From Pyrinomonadaceae bacterium (lineage in GTDB: Bacteria > Acidobacteriota > Blastocatellia > Pyrinomonadales > Pyrinomonadaceae), in NCBI GenBank assembly GCA_046313635.1, contig JBKBYA010000001.1, positions 288,001-352,000 on the forward strand: 64,000 bases of DNA, in the 5' to 3' direction. The notes under the pieces are model-generated. The model did no database searches and was not told the DNA's origin. It worked only from the letters and a program-made list of their open reading frames with translations. Below, in pieces: positions 1 to 10,502 of the stretch. The position numbers and the translations under genes are program-made. The first letter of the stretch is position 1; every line of letters starts with the position of its first letter.

Positions 1-196
1 TCTCCTTGATCGTTCCCTGATCGCACGGGCCGGCCGCCGGCGACCCGGTCTGCTCGGCATTGACGCTGGCTGTGTTGTTGGCGGCGCGGTTAGCGTTATT
101 TGCGGCAGGGCCTCGGTCGGTTGCACATGCCGAGCTGAAGACGATCGCGGCCGCCAGCATTGAATACGGGGTCATTCTCAGAAACAGTCGCTTCAT
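1..196 (-). CDS. Putative lipoprotein, partial (runs off the left window edge)
   Basis: Read manually: ATG at 196 with AGGAG upstream; MKRLFLRMTPYSMLAAAIVFSSAC-ATDRGPAANN has a signal peptide ending in a lipobox-like SSAC; frame is open to base 1. Confidence 0.65.
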   Translation of the reverse strand, partial: MKRLFLRMTPYSMLAAAIVFSSACATDRGPAANNANRAANNTASVNAEQTGSPAAGPCDQGTIKE

Positions 197-217
197 ATTC
201 TTGTCTCCTGTTAGTGT

Positions 218-3200
218 CTAATTGGTCAGCATTGAAAGCAGGTTGGTGCGGGTCTGCTTGCCGAAGACGATCGAGCGCGAATCGGGCGACCACGCGAGGC
301 TTGAGATCAGCACTTTCGGGTCATTCTCGACGAACAATCTTCGGGCGGCGGCCTTGCCGCCTGCCGCGACCTGCACGGCCCACAATGCCGTGACGTCCTC
401 TCGCCGGGTGACAAAGGCGATCGAGCCCGCGTCTCGGGAGAGATGAATGTTGTGGAAGTAGGCCTGCTGCAGCTCGGTCACGACCGAGCGTTCACCGGTC
501 GCGATCGCGAGCCGGTAGATCACGCTTTTGGCGGGAGTGGGACTCATGTCGCGCGGATCCGAATTCTGAGCGAACAGCACGCTGCCGCCCGCGCGTTCAA
601 AACCGAGAAAGCGAAACCGCTGCGGAGATTCAAAGATCACCCTTGCGGGGCCGCCGCCGTTTGCGTCGACGATCCAGAGACGGAACTTTCTCTCGGACTG
701 ACGCGGCGACCGCGGCGATTCAGATACGAAAGCGACCGAGCGGCCGTCGGGCGACCATGTTGGGAAAAAATACGACTCCGAGCGGTCTTCGTTATGCGTC
801 AACGCGCGGGCGTCGCCGCCGTCGGCGGGCACGATCCAGATATTCGAGGCTCCGTCGCTCGTCGACCCGGCAAAGGCTAGCGACGAGCTGTCGGGCGACC
901 ATGAGATGTGATTGATGCCGATCTTAAGGTACGGTGCCGACGTGTAGCCCGGACCGGTGACGGCATCGCCGGCCAACTTGACGAGATCCTCGCCGGTCGG
1001 ACTCACCCTAAGGATGCCGACGCCGTTGTCGGTGCGTTTGAAGAATGCGATCCACTTGCCGTCGTTTGACCAGACGGGTGAGAAGCCCTGCGGCGCGATC
1101 ATCGTTCCGGCCCCGCCGCCCGCGTCGCGCGACACGACGTTGATCGCTCCGCCGAACGCGCGTTCGGCCTGACGCACGGACTGGAAGGCGACGCCGCGTC
1201 CGTCGGGCGAAACGTCCGGCCAGTATTCGGCCGGCACGTCGTTGGCAACGGGTTTTGTCCGGCCGTCGGCGGTGTCTACGCTCCACAGATCGGAGGTCTC
1301 GGTGACCGAACCGTAAAGGATCTGCCTGCCGTCGGCCGATACGTCCTGCACGAGGAAGTCAGTATTGCCGTTTGAGAGCTTGACCGGCTCGGCCTGCCCG
1401 ATGCGCGCTTCAAAGATCTGATATGCCCCGTCGACCGCACCGCTGTAGACGACACTTTGGTTGTCGGGCGTCCATGCGAGATAGTCGATCTGGTCCTTTG
1501 AAGCGGCGAGCTCGTCGATCGCTCCCGACGCAAGAACGAGTCGCTTGACCTTCCACATCTCGCCGTCGCGCACTGTCACGGCGATCGCGGTCTCGTCGGG
1601 CGACACTTCGATGACGCGGGGGCGCATGCCCTTAGAGGCGAGGTCGGTCAGCTGCGACCTTGCGCCGCTGCCGGCGTCGACCGAGTAGAGCTCGGCACCG
1701 TCCTGAAAGTAGATCTTCCCGCTCGGGCCCCAGCGGATGAGCCGGGTCGCCGGGCCGACGCCGCTGATCATCTGGACCTGCTCGCCGCCCGTGAATGAGA
1801 CCCGCCATAGCGCACGGCTGTCGCCGCGGTTTGAGAGAAAGGCGATGTTTTGCCCGTCGGGCGACCAGATCGGATATTGATTCTCAAACCCGTTCTTGGT
1901 CACCTGCACGGCCTCGCCGCCGCCGACGGGCTTGATCCAGATCTCGGATCTTGCCGAGCGGGCCGCGGCGAAAGCGATCATCCTGCCGTCGGGCGAGAAC
2001 GATGCGGCGGAGATCCACTCGCCGGCGTTGCTGTTCCAACTCGTGATCGCGATCGAGCGCATCGCACCGCGCGGCACAGTGCCGGGCGCCGGCCAGCTCG
2101 ACCAGGCGTACCAGCCCGCCGCCGCGACGAGTGCGACGAGCGATGCGGCCGCGATCGACACCGCGACGCGCGAACGCCGTTGTCGCGAGACCGAGGCCTC
2201 CTCGGTCAGCCGCGCGGGCAGATGTGCGGTGCCGGCTCGGCTGACGTGACCCTCGCCCGCAAGCTCTCGCTGCAGGTCGGCAATGTCCGACAAGAGATGA
2301 TCGATCGACTGATAGCGCTCGCCGCGGTCTTTGCGGAGGGCCTTCTCGACAATGTGCCGCAGCGTCGGCGGTGCGTCGGGAGAGCTCTCGCAAAGGTCGG
2401 GCGGGTCTTTTTCGAGCAGCGAGACGATCGAGTCGGCCGTATTCTGCGCCGCGAACGGCGCCCGTCCGCAGACCATCTCGTAGATCATCACGCCGAGGCT
2501 GAAGATATCGGTCCGAGCGTCGAGCTCCAAGCCCCTGGCCTGCTCGGGCGACATATAGCGCGGCGTGCCGAGGACGAGTCCCGGCATTGTCACGACCTGG
2601 GCGAGCGTCTCGGCCTCGAGCATCGAGCGGCCGGCCGCTTCGCCGGCGGTCCAGGTTTCTTTGGCAAGGCCAAAGTCGAGCACCTTCACCGTGCCGTCGG
2701 AGCGGACCATCACGTTGTCGGGCTTGAGATCGCGATGAATGATGCCCGCACGATGCGACGCGGAGAGAGCGGTCGCGATCTGCTTCGCGATGTCGGCGGC
2801 CGTCTCGATCGGCAGCGGCGAGCGAGCGATGCGGCTGCGGAGCGTCTCGCCGTCGACAAATTCGCTGACGATGTAGTGGACGCCGCCGGACTCGCCGATG
2901 TCGTGGATCGTGAGGATGTTTGGATGATTAAGCGCCGAGGCCGCGCGGGCCTCCTGCACAAAGCGCCTGACGCGGTCGGGATCGCGGGCAAATTCGGCGC
3001 TCATGAATTTTATCGCGACGCTGCGATTGAGCCGCTCGTCCCGTGCGAGGAAGACCTCGCCCATTCCGCCGCGGCCGATCGATCTGATCAGATGATAATG
3101 GCGCGGCAAGGCACTCTGCAGCCGCTCAAGCGGAAGGTCTGCACCCGCACCTCTCGACCCGGCGTCGCCGACGAGCCGGTCGAGTTCGCCCCGCAGCTCG

Positions 3201-3307
3201 GGATCGTCGCGAAACGCATCGGCCAGATACCGCTCGCGCTCGTCCGCGGTCATCCCCGAGCATGACCGGATAAGCTGGATGATCCGTTCCTCACGCACCT
3301 CGTCCAT
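218..3307 (-). CDS. Hanks-type Ser/Thr protein kinase with TM helix and TolB-like (PD40) beta-propeller
   Basis: IGRGGMGEV, VAIK, HRDLKPDN, DFG and GTPRYMSPEQ motifs; hydrophobic helix; repeated WSPDG motifs. Confidence 0.95.
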   Translation of the reverse strand: MDEVREERIIQLIRSCSGMTADERERYLADAFRDDPELRGELDRLVGDAGSRGAGADLPLERLQSALPRHYHLIRSIGRGGMGEVFLARDERLNRSVAIKFMSAEFARDPDRVRRFVQEARAASALNHPNILTIHDIGESGGVHYIVSEFVDGETLRSRIARSPLPIETAADIAKQIATALSASHRAGIIHRDLKPDNVMVRSDGTVKVLDFGLAKETWTAGEAAGRSMLEAETLAQVVTMPGLVLGTPRYMSPEQARGLELDARTDIFSLGVMIYEMVCGRAPFAAQNTADSIVSLLEKDPPDLCESSPDAPPTLRHIVEKALRKDRGERYQSIDHLLSDIADLQRELAGEGHVSRAGTAHLPARLTEEASVSRQRRSRVAVSIAAASLVALVAAAGWYAWSSWPAPGTVPRGAMRSIAITSWNSNAGEWISAASFSPDGRMIAFAAARSARSEIWIKPVGGGEAVQVTKNGFENQYPIWSPDGQNIAFLSNRGDSRALWRVSFTGGEQVQMISGVGPATRLIRWGPSGKIYFQDGAELYSVDAGSGARSQLTDLASKGMRPRVIEVSPDETAIAVTVRDGEMWKVKRLVLASGAIDELAASKDQIDYLAWTPDNQSVVYSGAVDGAYQIFEARIGQAEPVKLSNGNTDFLVQDVSADGRQILYGSVTETSDLWSVDTADGRTKPVANDVPAEYWPDVSPDGRGVAFQSVRQAERAFGGAINVVSRDAGGGAGTMIAPQGFSPVWSNDGKWIAFFKRTDNGVGILRVSPTGEDLVKLAGDAVTGPGYTSAPYLKIGINHISWSPDSSSLAFAGSTSDGASNIWIVPADGGDARALTHNEDRSESYFFPTWSPDGRSVAFVSESPRSPRQSERKFRLWIVDANGGGPARVIFESPQRFRFLGFERAGGSVLFAQNSDPRDMSPTPAKSVIYRLAIATGERSVVTELQQAYFHNIHLSRDAGSIAFVTRREDVTALWAVQVAAGGKAAARRLFVENDPKVLISSLAWSPDSRSIVFGKQTRTNLLSMLTN

Positions 3308-3457
3308 ACGACACGCGAACCGACCTGTGGCAGACGAGACGCATTATTGCACGGATCGCTCAAACCCGGCGCAACAAAGCGCCGACGAACGCCGTCGCAG
3401 ACCAAGGGAACCGGCGTCCAAGGTGGTCGATGGAGGACTGCATGACCGACGCGGCCG

Positions 3458-3491
3458 AAAAAAAAGGGACCGCCGTCGCGGTACCCTTTTT
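3458..3491. terminator. Intrinsic terminator downstream of tRNA-Ala (possibly bidirectional)
   Basis: A8-GGGACCGC-CGTC-GCGGTACCC-T5 hairpin with A/T tracts on both sides. Confidence 0.75.
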
Positions 3492-3507
3492 AATCTAGAA
3501 AATTATT

Positions 3508-3583
3508 TGGTGGAGACGAGGGGGATCGAACCCCTGACCTCATGAATGCCATTCATGCGCTCTCCCAGCTGAGCTACGTCCCC
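3508..3583 (-). tRNA. tRNA-Ala(GGC)
   Basis: GGGGACGTAGCTCAGCTGGGAGAGCGCATGAATGGCATTCATGAGGTCAGGGGTTCGATCCCCCTCGTCTCCACCA: 76 nt, cloverleaf, GGC anticodon, G3:U70 identity pair, encoded CCA. Confidence 0.97.
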
Positions 3584-3626
3584 GGTCGCGATGACGCCTG
3601 GTTCATGGCGAAATCGGCAAGGTTTG

Positions 3627-3655
3627 AATGTAGCGAAATAGGTTTGGCGCGTCAA
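3627..3655 (-). promoter_or_regulatory. Sigma70-type promoter of tRNA-Ala
   Basis: TTGACG-17 bp-TACATT on the minus strand, about 45 bp upstream of the tRNA. Confidence 0.6.
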
Positions 3656-3757
3656 GGCGGCCGGCGTTGCGGTGCGCAGGCGGCGTGCGGTTGCGCCGAG
3701 CGAGCAATTCCGCTACAAAAGTCAGAACATTTCGTCGCCCCGGGGACCAATACAAAA

Positions 3758-5188
3758 TTGAATAGAGAAGCATTCGGGCCCGACATTCATTCGTCCGCGT
3801 CGATCGAGATCGCCGAGGTCCTGCCGGCGTCGCGCAAGTTGGGTCTGCTGCCGCTCACGGCCGTGATCTTTTTTACGGTGTGCGGCGGAGCATTTGGGAT
3901 CGAACCGCTGGTCGGCAAGGTCGGCGCGGGCTGGGCGATACTTTTGATCGTCGTGACGCCGCTGATGTGGAGCGTGCCGATCTCGCTGATGGTGTCAGAG
4001 CTCGCGTCGGCGATGCCGGTCGAGGGCGGTTATTACGTCTGGGTCAAGCGTGCGCTCGGCAGCTTTTGGGGATTTCAAGAGGGCTGGTGGACGTGCCTTT
4101 ACACGTCGGTCGACATGGCGATCTACCCGGTGCTCTTTGTGAATTACCTCGCCTATTTCGTCCCGTTCCTACGGCCTGACGCGAATGGCGATCTGTCGTG
4201 GGAGCAGTTCTTTTCGCGGTGGGCGATCGCGGCCGGACTCATCGCATTCGCGCTCGCGCTGAACTGGCGCGGAGCGCGGGCCGTCGGCTACAACTCGGTG
4301 GCCTTTCTGCTCGTGATCGTCGTGCCGTTTGCGATCCTCTCGTATCTCGGACTCGCGTCGCTCGTGGGCGGGCTCGACGCCTCGTGGCGTGCGGTCGCGA
4401 GCGGCTTTGGCACTTCTCACGTGAACGCCGGCCTGCTCGCCGTCGGTCTCGCGACGGTCGTCTGGAACTACTCGGGCTGGGACAACGTCTCGACATTTGC
4501 CGGCGAGGTGCGCGACGCGTCGCGAAGCTATCCTCGCGCGCTCTTTGCCGCGATGGGCCTTGCGGTGCTGGTCTATCTCATCCCGACATTTGCACTCGTC
4601 GGGCACACGACCGATGCCGGGGTGTGGAACGAATCGGCCGGCTTTCCGGCCCTGGCCGAGATGGTCGGCGGGCCCGCGCTCGGGACGCTCATCGCGATGG
4701 CGGCGCTCTTTTCGGCGTGGAGTCTTTTTAATTCGCAGATCCTCTACGCGTCGCGTCTGCCGTACGCGATGGCCCGCGACGGCTGGTTCCCGGGCTTCCT
4801 CACGCGCGTCAACGTGACGACCGGCGTGCCGACGACGGCGCTGCTCGTCTGCTGCGGGCTGTCGGCTCTGTTTGCCGCGCTGCCTTTCGGCAAGCTGGTC
4901 GTGATCGACGTGATCCTTTACTCGGCCGAGGTACTGCTGGAGTTTGTCGCGCTGATGGTGCTGCGGCGAAAGGAGCCCGACCTGCCGCGGCCTTTCAAGA
5001 TCGCGGGCGGCTGGCCGGTGCTCGTGCTCATCACGGCCGCGCCGACGGCATTTGCCGCGGCCGTAGTTTGGGCAACGCTGAGCGACGCCGAGACCGATCC
5101 GCGGCATCTGTGGGTGCTCGCCGCCGGGCTGGTCTCGGGCGTCCTGCTCTATTTTGTGCGGAGAGGAAAGGCCGGGTCCGCGGCATAG
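3758..5188 (+). CDS. APC-family amino acid/polyamine permease (start uncertain)
   Basis: Many TM helices; FTVCGGAFGIE, ELASAMPVEGGYYVWV and WNYSGWD motifs; the 3542 track start overlaps the tRNA, so TTG 3758 was chosen. Confidence 0.85.
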   Translation: MNREAFGPDIHSSASIEIAEVLPASRKLGLLPLTAVIFFTVCGGAFGIEPLVGKVGAGWAILLIVVTPLMWSVPISLMVSELASAMPVEGGYYVWVKRALGSFWGFQEGWWTCLYTSVDMAIYPVLFVNYLAYFVPFLRPDANGDLSWEQFFSRWAIAAGLIAFALALNWRGARAVGYNSVAFLLVIVVPFAILSYLGLASLVGGLDASWRAVASGFGTSHVNAGLLAVGLATVVWNYSGWDNVSTFAGEVRDASRSYPRALFAAMGLAVLVYLIPTFALVGHTTDAGVWNESAGFPALAEMVGGPALGTLIAMAALFSAWSLFNSQILYASRLPYAMARDGWFPGFLTRVNVTTGVPTTALLVCCGLSALFAALPFGKLVVIDVILYSAEVLLEFVALMVLRRKEPDLPRPFKIAGGWPVLVLITAAPTAFAAAVVWATLSDAETDPRHLWVLAAGLVSGVLLYFVRRGKAGSAA

Positions 5189-5214
5189 CGGCCCGGCGCT
5201 TTTACCGAGCCGAC

Positions 5215-5997
5215 CTACCTGCCTTTGAAGGTCGGCTTACGCTTTTCCAAAAAAGCCCGGACGCCCTCCTCTTTGTCCTCGGTCGAGAAGCAGATCGCAA
5301 ACAGATCGACCTCGCGGCGGAGGCCTTCGTCGAGGTTCGATCGCGACGCGAATTTTACGGCTTCCTTGATGAGCTGCAGTGCGACCGGAGCCTTTTCGGC
5401 GATCTTGGCGGCGAGCTCCATGGTCTTTGCTTCGAGCTCCGCGGCCGGATAGACGTGATTCACGAGTCCGAATCTGTACGCCGTCTCGGCGTCGATCATA
5501 TCGCCCGTGAGGATCATCTCCATCGCGCGGCCCTCGCCGATGAGCCGCGTCAGCCGCTGCGTGCCGCCGCCGCCGGGAATGATGCCGAGGTTGATCTCGG
5601 GCTGCGAGAATTTTGCGTTCTCGCTCGCGACGCGCAGGTCACACGCCAGCGCGAGCTCGTTGCCGCCGCCGAGGCAAAATCCGTTGATCATAGCGATCAC
5701 GGGCTTGGGAAACGTGTCGATCGAATTAAACAGCGTCCGCTCGTTAAAGCGGTCTCGCTGCGTGACAGGCGTCTGGCCCGCAAACTCGCCGATATCGGCC
5801 CCGGCGACAAACGACTTCGGCCCCGAGCCGGTGACGACGACGACGCGGACCTCGGCATCGCGCTTGAGCTCGTCGAGTGCCGCGACGCCCTCGGCGTGAA
5901 CGGCGGAATTCAAAGCGTTGAGTTTGTCCGGCCGGTTGATCGTCAGCACCGCGACGGCGCCGCGCCGCTCGACCGTGATGGTTTCGTATGTAGGCAT
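5215..5997 (-). CDS. Enoyl-CoA hydratase/crotonase
   Basis: INRPDKLNAL, FVAGADI, GGGNELALACD and PEINLGIIPGGGGTQRL motifs. Confidence 0.92.
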   Translation of the reverse strand: MPTYETITVERRGAVAVLTINRPDKLNALNSAVHAEGVAALDELKRDAEVRVVVVTGSGPKSFVAGADIGEFAGQTPVTQRDRFNERTLFNSIDTFPKPVIAMINGFCLGGGNELALACDLRVASENAKFSQPEINLGIIPGGGGTQRLTRLIGEGRAMEMILTGDMIDAETAYRFGLVNHVYPAAELEAKTMELAAKIAEKAPVALQLIKEAVKFASRSNLDEGLRREVDLFAICFSTEDKEEGVRAFLEKRKPTFKGR

Positions 5998-6060
5998 ATT
6001 TAAAAAAGTACGACAGGCCGCGGGGCCTGTCGAGTAGAGCAAAAAAGTTAACGAGCCCCG

Positions 6061-6441
6061 CTATTCCGGGATGCCCTCGACCATATTGTCGTCGGCGATC
6101 CAGGCGACAAAGAGCCGCAGCCAGTTGTCCTTTGATTCGATGATCGAGGCACCGATGCGCGACGTGCCGTAGTTGGCCGGCATCACGCGAGCGACCTGCG
6201 CCTTGACCTCGACCGGGACGCCGTCAGGGCGGTGCGAGCGGATGTACAGAACGTCCCCGACCTTTATCTCCTGATTAAGCTGAAAGAGAGCGCCGAGCGT
6301 CGAGATGTCGTCGGTCTCGGTCGGCTCGCTCCACGCCGCGCCGTCGGCGGTCCGCCCCGACACGACGATGGGCAGTCGGAGCGCCATCCGGAGGGCAAAA
6401 CGCTTTTCTTCAAATTGGATCTGCTGGTTGGTCGACATCAT
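6061..6441 (-). CDS. PilZ-domain protein
   Basis: EKRFALR (RxxxR) and DISTLGA (DxSxxG) c-di-GMP-binding motifs. Confidence 0.75.
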   Translation of the reverse strand: MMSTNQQIQFEEKRFALRMALRLPIVVSGRTADGAAWSEPTETDDISTLGALFQLNQEIKVGDVLYIRSHRPDGVPVEVKAQVARVMPANYGTSRIGASIIESKDNWLRLFVAWIADDNMVEGIPE

Positions 6442-6630
6442 CGGATAAGAGACTCGCGTGCTGACCGGCCCGAAAATAATGGCGAGTTTATCACGAATAA
6501 GGCCAAAATCTAAACAACTTAGAGATCAACCGCCGAGATCGGAGCATTAGACTACGCCCTCCGCGGCTATTTATACTGGAGCATCGCAGAGGCTTGGTCC
6601 TCGACATCGGCAGCTCGGTAAAAACTCGGT

Positions 6631-7641
6631 ATGTCTGAAAAACAAATTCATCGCAAGGTCGTCATTCTCGGATCGGGTCCGGCCGGTCTCACAGCAGCTA
6701 TTTACGCGTCGCGGGCGCAGCTCGGACCGCTCGTGATCGACGGCCCGCAGCCCGGCGGGCAGCTCACCATCACGACCGAGGTCGAAAATTATCCCGGCTT
6801 TCGCGGCGGCATCATGGGCCCGGCACTGATGGACGAATTTCGCGAGCAGGCGCTGCGCTTCGGCACCGAGATCATAAACGTCTGGATCGACCGCGTCGAC
6901 CTTGCGCAGCGGCCCTTTACTTTGTACGGCAAAGAGAGCCAGGACAGCAGCGAGATCACGACCGTGATCAAGGCCGATACGCTCATCATCGCGACCGGCG
7001 CGTCGGCCAAATGGCTCGGCGTGCCCGGCGAAGCGCCTGTGCCCGAGGGCTTTGGCGGTGCGGGCGTGTCTGCGTGCGCGACGTGCGACGGGTTTTTCTT
7101 TCGCAACCGGCCGATCGTCGTTGTCGGCGGCGGCGACACCGCGATGGAAGAAGCTCTCTTCCTGACCAAGTTCGCTTCAAAAGTGACGATCATTCATCGC
7201 CGCGACGAGTTTCGCGCGTCCAAGATCATGCAGGACCGCGTGCTCAAACACGAAAAGATCGACGTGCTCTGGAATACCGAGATCCGCGAGATCCTCGGCT
7301 CTAAAGAGAAAGGCGTCGAGGCCGTTCGGATCTACAACAACGTGACCAAAGAGGAGAGCGAGTTTGCGACCGAGGGCGTCTTTATCGCGATCGGGCACAA
7401 GCCGAATACCGATCTTTTCAAGGGCGTGCTCGAGATGGACGAGGTCGGCTACCTCAAGACCGAAGGCCGCACGATGAAGACCAACGTGCCCGGCGTCTTT
7501 GCCTGCGGCGACGCGCAGGACGCGTACTATCGCCAGGCGGTCACGGCCGCCGGTACCGGCTGCATGGCCGCGATCGACGCCGAGCGGTTCCTCGCCGAGC
7601 ACGAGGTCGAGGTCGAAAAGAATACCGCGACCAACTGGTGA
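6631..7641 (+). CDS. trxB: Thioredoxin-disulfide reductase
   Basis: GSGPAG, GGQLTITTEVENYPGF, CATCDG and GGGDTAMEEA motifs. Confidence 0.97.
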   Translation: MSEKQIHRKVVILGSGPAGLTAAIYASRAQLGPLVIDGPQPGGQLTITTEVENYPGFRGGIMGPALMDEFREQALRFGTEIINVWIDRVDLAQRPFTLYGKESQDSSEITTVIKADTLIIATGASAKWLGVPGEAPVPEGFGGAGVSACATCDGFFFRNRPIVVVGGGDTAMEEALFLTKFASKVTIIHRRDEFRASKIMQDRVLKHEKIDVLWNTEIREILGSKEKGVEAVRIYNNVTKEESEFATEGVFIAIGHKPNTDLFKGVLEMDEVGYLKTEGRTMKTNVPGVFACGDAQDAYYRQAVTAAGTGCMAAIDAERFLAEHEVEVEKNTATNW

Positions 7642-7644
7642 CGC

Positions 7645-8253
7645 CTATTCGCTTTTAGGAATTGCAGCGCCTTTGAGGACCTCGACGTTTTGCGAGGTCC
7701 TTTGCACTTTGCGCGGGTCGAATCCCATCGCCTCGGCCCGGCGGAGCAGCTCTTGGTATCGCGCGTCGCTCATCTGCGGCTCGCGGCTCAGTATCCAGAA
7801 ATGCTCGCGGTCGGGGTCGCCGATGACGGCGTACTCATAATTCTTGCCGAGGTCGACGATCCAGTAGTCGCCCCAAACGAATGGCAGCCACGAGAGTGCC
7901 GGCGGTGCAAAGCGGACCTTGAGCCTGGCGTTTGTCGCCTTGTCCGCGACCTTCGCCTCGCCGACCGCCGTCTCGAGCCTGCCGTCGCGCCTTATGCACT
8001 CGTTGGTGACCTCGATCCGGCCGTTGTCTTTTATCCGGTAAGCCGCGGTGACGTTGCCGGCGCACTGCTTTTGAAAGCGGTTTGGATAGCGCGCGATCTC
8101 GTACCATCGGCCCGAATAGCGCTTGAGATCGACCGACGCAACGGTCGCGAGCGGCCGCTCGGATCTATTGGTTTGGGCCGGCACGCCGATGCTCATCATC
8201 GTCGCCGCGACGACCACCGCTAACGGCATAATGCCTTTCTTGCACGTCTTCAT
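7645..8253 (-). CDS. Bacterial lipocalin (Blc-like), secreted
   Basis: Signal peptide; VDLKRYSGRWYEIARYP, GDYWI and WILSR lipocalin motifs. Confidence 0.9.
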   Translation of the reverse strand: MKTCKKGIMPLAVVVAATMMSIGVPAQTNRSERPLATVASVDLKRYSGRWYEIARYPNRFQKQCAGNVTAAYRIKDNGRIEVTNECIRRDGRLETAVGEAKVADKATNARLKVRFAPPALSWLPFVWGDYWIVDLGKNYEYAVIGDPDREHFWILSREPQMSDARYQELLRRAEAMGFDPRKVQRTSQNVEVLKGAAIPKSE

Positions 8254-8374
8254 CTTTGATCAAAGCTCCCGACTCCCGTGAGTCAATACAGCACTTCGCC
8301 CTGACGGGCCGAATGGTTTTTTGGATATAATCTATCTGTATCAAAATCACTTTTAATTTTTACGAACAAGATCT

Positions 8375-8662
8375 ATGCCTATTTACGAGTACAAGTGCAA
8401 AAGCTGCGAATCACATTTTGAGACGAGACAAAAGGTATCTGACGAGCCGCTCAAGGTATGCGAGAGCTGCGGCGGCGAGCTCGAAAAGCAATGGTCGCGG
8501 ACGGGCTTTCAATTCAAGGGCGACGGCTGGTACGTGACCGACTATGCCGGCAAGGGCAAGTCGAACGGAACTTCTTCGTCCGGCGAATCAACCGGCGGCT
8601 CGGATGCTGCATCAAAGGCTGCAGGTGAATCGAGCGGCTCGGCTTCGTCAAAGGGTGATTAA
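8375..8662 (+). CDS. FmdB-family zinc-ribbon protein
   Basis: MPIYEYKCKSC...CESCGG...FKGDGWYVTDY plus Ser/Gly-rich tail. Confidence 0.9.
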   Translation: MPIYEYKCKSCESHFETRQKVSDEPLKVCESCGGELEKQWSRTGFQFKGDGWYVTDYAGKGKSNGTSSSGESTGGSDAASKAAGESSGSASSKGD

Positions 8663-9584
8663 GACCTCTAACATTCAAGAACGACATTACGCGGCCGTCC
8701 GTCTGTTGGCGGCCGTCGTGGTCTTTGTATGCGCGTCCGCTGCGGCCGCGCAGTCGGGCCGCAGCTCGCGCGGCATCGACAGCGAGGGCGCGATCCTCAA
8801 CCTCACGGCGTTTCGGACGGACGGCAAGAGCGAGCCGCTGCGGATGGAGAATTTTTTCCTCTACGAGAACGGCATCGAGCAAAAGATCAAAAGTTTCGGA
8901 GTTGACCCTTCGCCGTCGCGGATCGTCTTGCTCGTAGACAACTCGCAGACGCTGCCGACCGACGTCGAAAAGATGAAGCGGGCGGTGATGGAATTTGCCT
9001 ACGAGATCTTTGACGGCGACCAGCTCTTTGTCATCGCCTACGACGAAAAGCCCGAGATCATCCAGGAGTGGACCGACGACGCCAAAAAGCTCGAGACATC
9101 GCTCGCGACGTTTCGCAAAAAAGGCAATCCGTACCTGTTTGACGCCCTCAACGCAAGCGTCGGCGAGGTGCTCCTGCCGCTGATGCCCGGCACGCGCAAG
9201 ACGGCGGTCGTCGTGATCGGCGACGGCCTCGACCGCGGCAGCAGGACGACATTCGACAAGACGCTCAACCAGCTGCAGGCGCAGAATGTCACGGTCTATT
9301 GGCTCCGCATCCCCGACCGCACCGGCGGCGCATATCGCCGCAACCAGCCGAAACCCTCGGCGATCATCGACCAGCTCACAGAAGGCACGGGCGGCAAGGC
9401 CTTTGACTTTGAGAACGCGCAAGAGGCCGCCAAAGCAATCTGCGACGAGCTTCGAAAGAATCGATATTTCCTCTCTTACGTCCCGACCAACGCCTCGTCC
9501 TACGACGCCCGCCGCATCTTCGTGGTCGCCGACGAGGGCATCAGCGTCCGCACCAAAACGGCGCAGCCGCCGAATGTGAAGTAG
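8655..9584 (+). CDS. VWA-domain secreted protein (acidobacterial type); start uncertain
   Basis: Signal-like helix; FFLYENGIEQKI, LLVDNS, VVIGDGLD, TGGKAF and ELRKNRYFLSYVP. Confidence 0.8.
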   Translation: MIKTSNIQERHYAAVRLLAAVVVFVCASAAAAQSGRSSRGIDSEGAILNLTAFRTDGKSEPLRMENFFLYENGIEQKIKSFGVDPSPSRIVLLVDNSQTLPTDVEKMKRAVMEFAYEIFDGDQLFVIAYDEKPEIIQEWTDDAKKLETSLATFRKKGNPYLFDALNASVGEVLLPLMPGTRKTAVVVIGDGLDRGSRTTFDKTLNQLQAQNVTVYWLRIPDRTGGAYRRNQPKPSAIIDQLTEGTGGKAFDFENAQEAAKAICDELRKNRYFLSYVPTNASSYDARRIFVVADEGISVRTKTAQPPNVK

Positions 9585-9586
9585 CT

Positions 9587-9637
9587 GAGATGCAGAGAAA
9601 GTGAGATGCGGAGAAAATGAGACGCGGAGATGGGAGA
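9587..9637 (+). repeat. 8-bp periodic tandem array (GAGAnnnn x6), single arm
   Basis: GAGA recurs at 9587, 9595, 9603, 9611, 9619 and 9627. Confidence 0.75.
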
Positions 9638-9647
9638 GCTCTGTGGC

Positions 9648-10493
9648 TCACACCGCGACCGGCGCCGCGATCTTGCCGTGGGACTGGTAGTTGTCCAATT
9701 TCAAATTCTCAAACTTGAAATTCAAAAGTCCGTCGAGGCCTTTTAGCTCGCGGGCGTTGACGAGCTCGAGCGTCGGCAGCGGCAGCGGCTCGCGCGAGAG
9801 GAGCTCGTCGACCTGCTCGAGATGATTCGAGTAGATGTGCAGATCGCCGAATGTGTGGATGAAGTCGCCTACCTCCAGATCGCAGACGTGCGCGACCAAA
9901 TGCGTCAGCAGCGCGTAGCTCGAGATGTTGAAGGGAACGCCGAGAAACGCGTCGGCCGAGCGTTGATAGAGCTGGCAGTGCAAAACGCGCTCGTTCTCAA
10001 CCTTGAATTGAAACAGCGTGTGACACGGCGGCAGTGCGACGTCGTCGCAGGTCTCCGGATTCCAGCCCGTTACGATCAGGCGGCGTGAATTCGGGTTACT
10101 CTCGATCTCGCGAATCAATCTTGCGATCTGGTCGACGCCGTTCATCTGAGGGTACTCGCCGCCGAATGAGCGCCAGAGATATCCGTAAACCGGCCCGAGA
10201 TCGCCCTCGCTTCGCCCGAAGCGCGCCGTCTGCTCCGCGGTCGCCCATTCCTGCCAGATATCGACGCCGCGAGCCCGCAGATCGGCTTCGTCGGTCGAGC
10301 CGCTAAGAAACCAAAACAGCTCCTCCGCAACCCAGCGAAACGGCACACGCTTGGTCGTCACGATCGGAAACCCTTGCCTGAGATCGAACCGCGTCTGATA
10401 CCCAAACGCCGAGATCGTCCCGACACCGGTGCGATCCTCGTGACGAGTGCCTTTATCCAAAATGTGACGAAGAAGGTCGTGGTACTGACGCAT
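9648..10493 (-). CDS. thyA: Thymidylate synthase
   Basis: [35 protein letters not shown] and GDLHIYSNH; start MRQYHDLL. Confidence 0.97.
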   Translation of the reverse strand: MRQYHDLLRHILDKGTRHEDRTGVGTISAFGYQTRFDLRQGFPIVTTKRVPFRWVAEELFWFLSGSTDEADLRARGVDIWQEWATAEQTARFGRSEGDLGPVYGYLWRSFGGEYPQMNGVDQIARLIREIESNPNSRRLIVTGWNPETCDDVALPPCHTLFQFKVENERVLHCQLYQRSADAFLGVPFNISSYALLTHLVAHVCDLEVGDFIHTFGDLHIYSNHLEQVDELLSREPLPLPTLELVNARELKGLDGLLNFKFENLKLDNYQSHGKIAAPVAV

Positions 10494-10502
10494 GGCTAGG
10501 GA

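Noticed and set aside
3508..3583. tRNA-Ala as an integration site
   Set aside because: No integrase nearby and I saw no duplicated tRNA 3' end in the window.
3542..3757. N-terminal extension of the APC permease in the ORF track
   Set aside because: Overlaps tRNA-Ala and its promoter on the opposite strand and has no transporter-like sequence.
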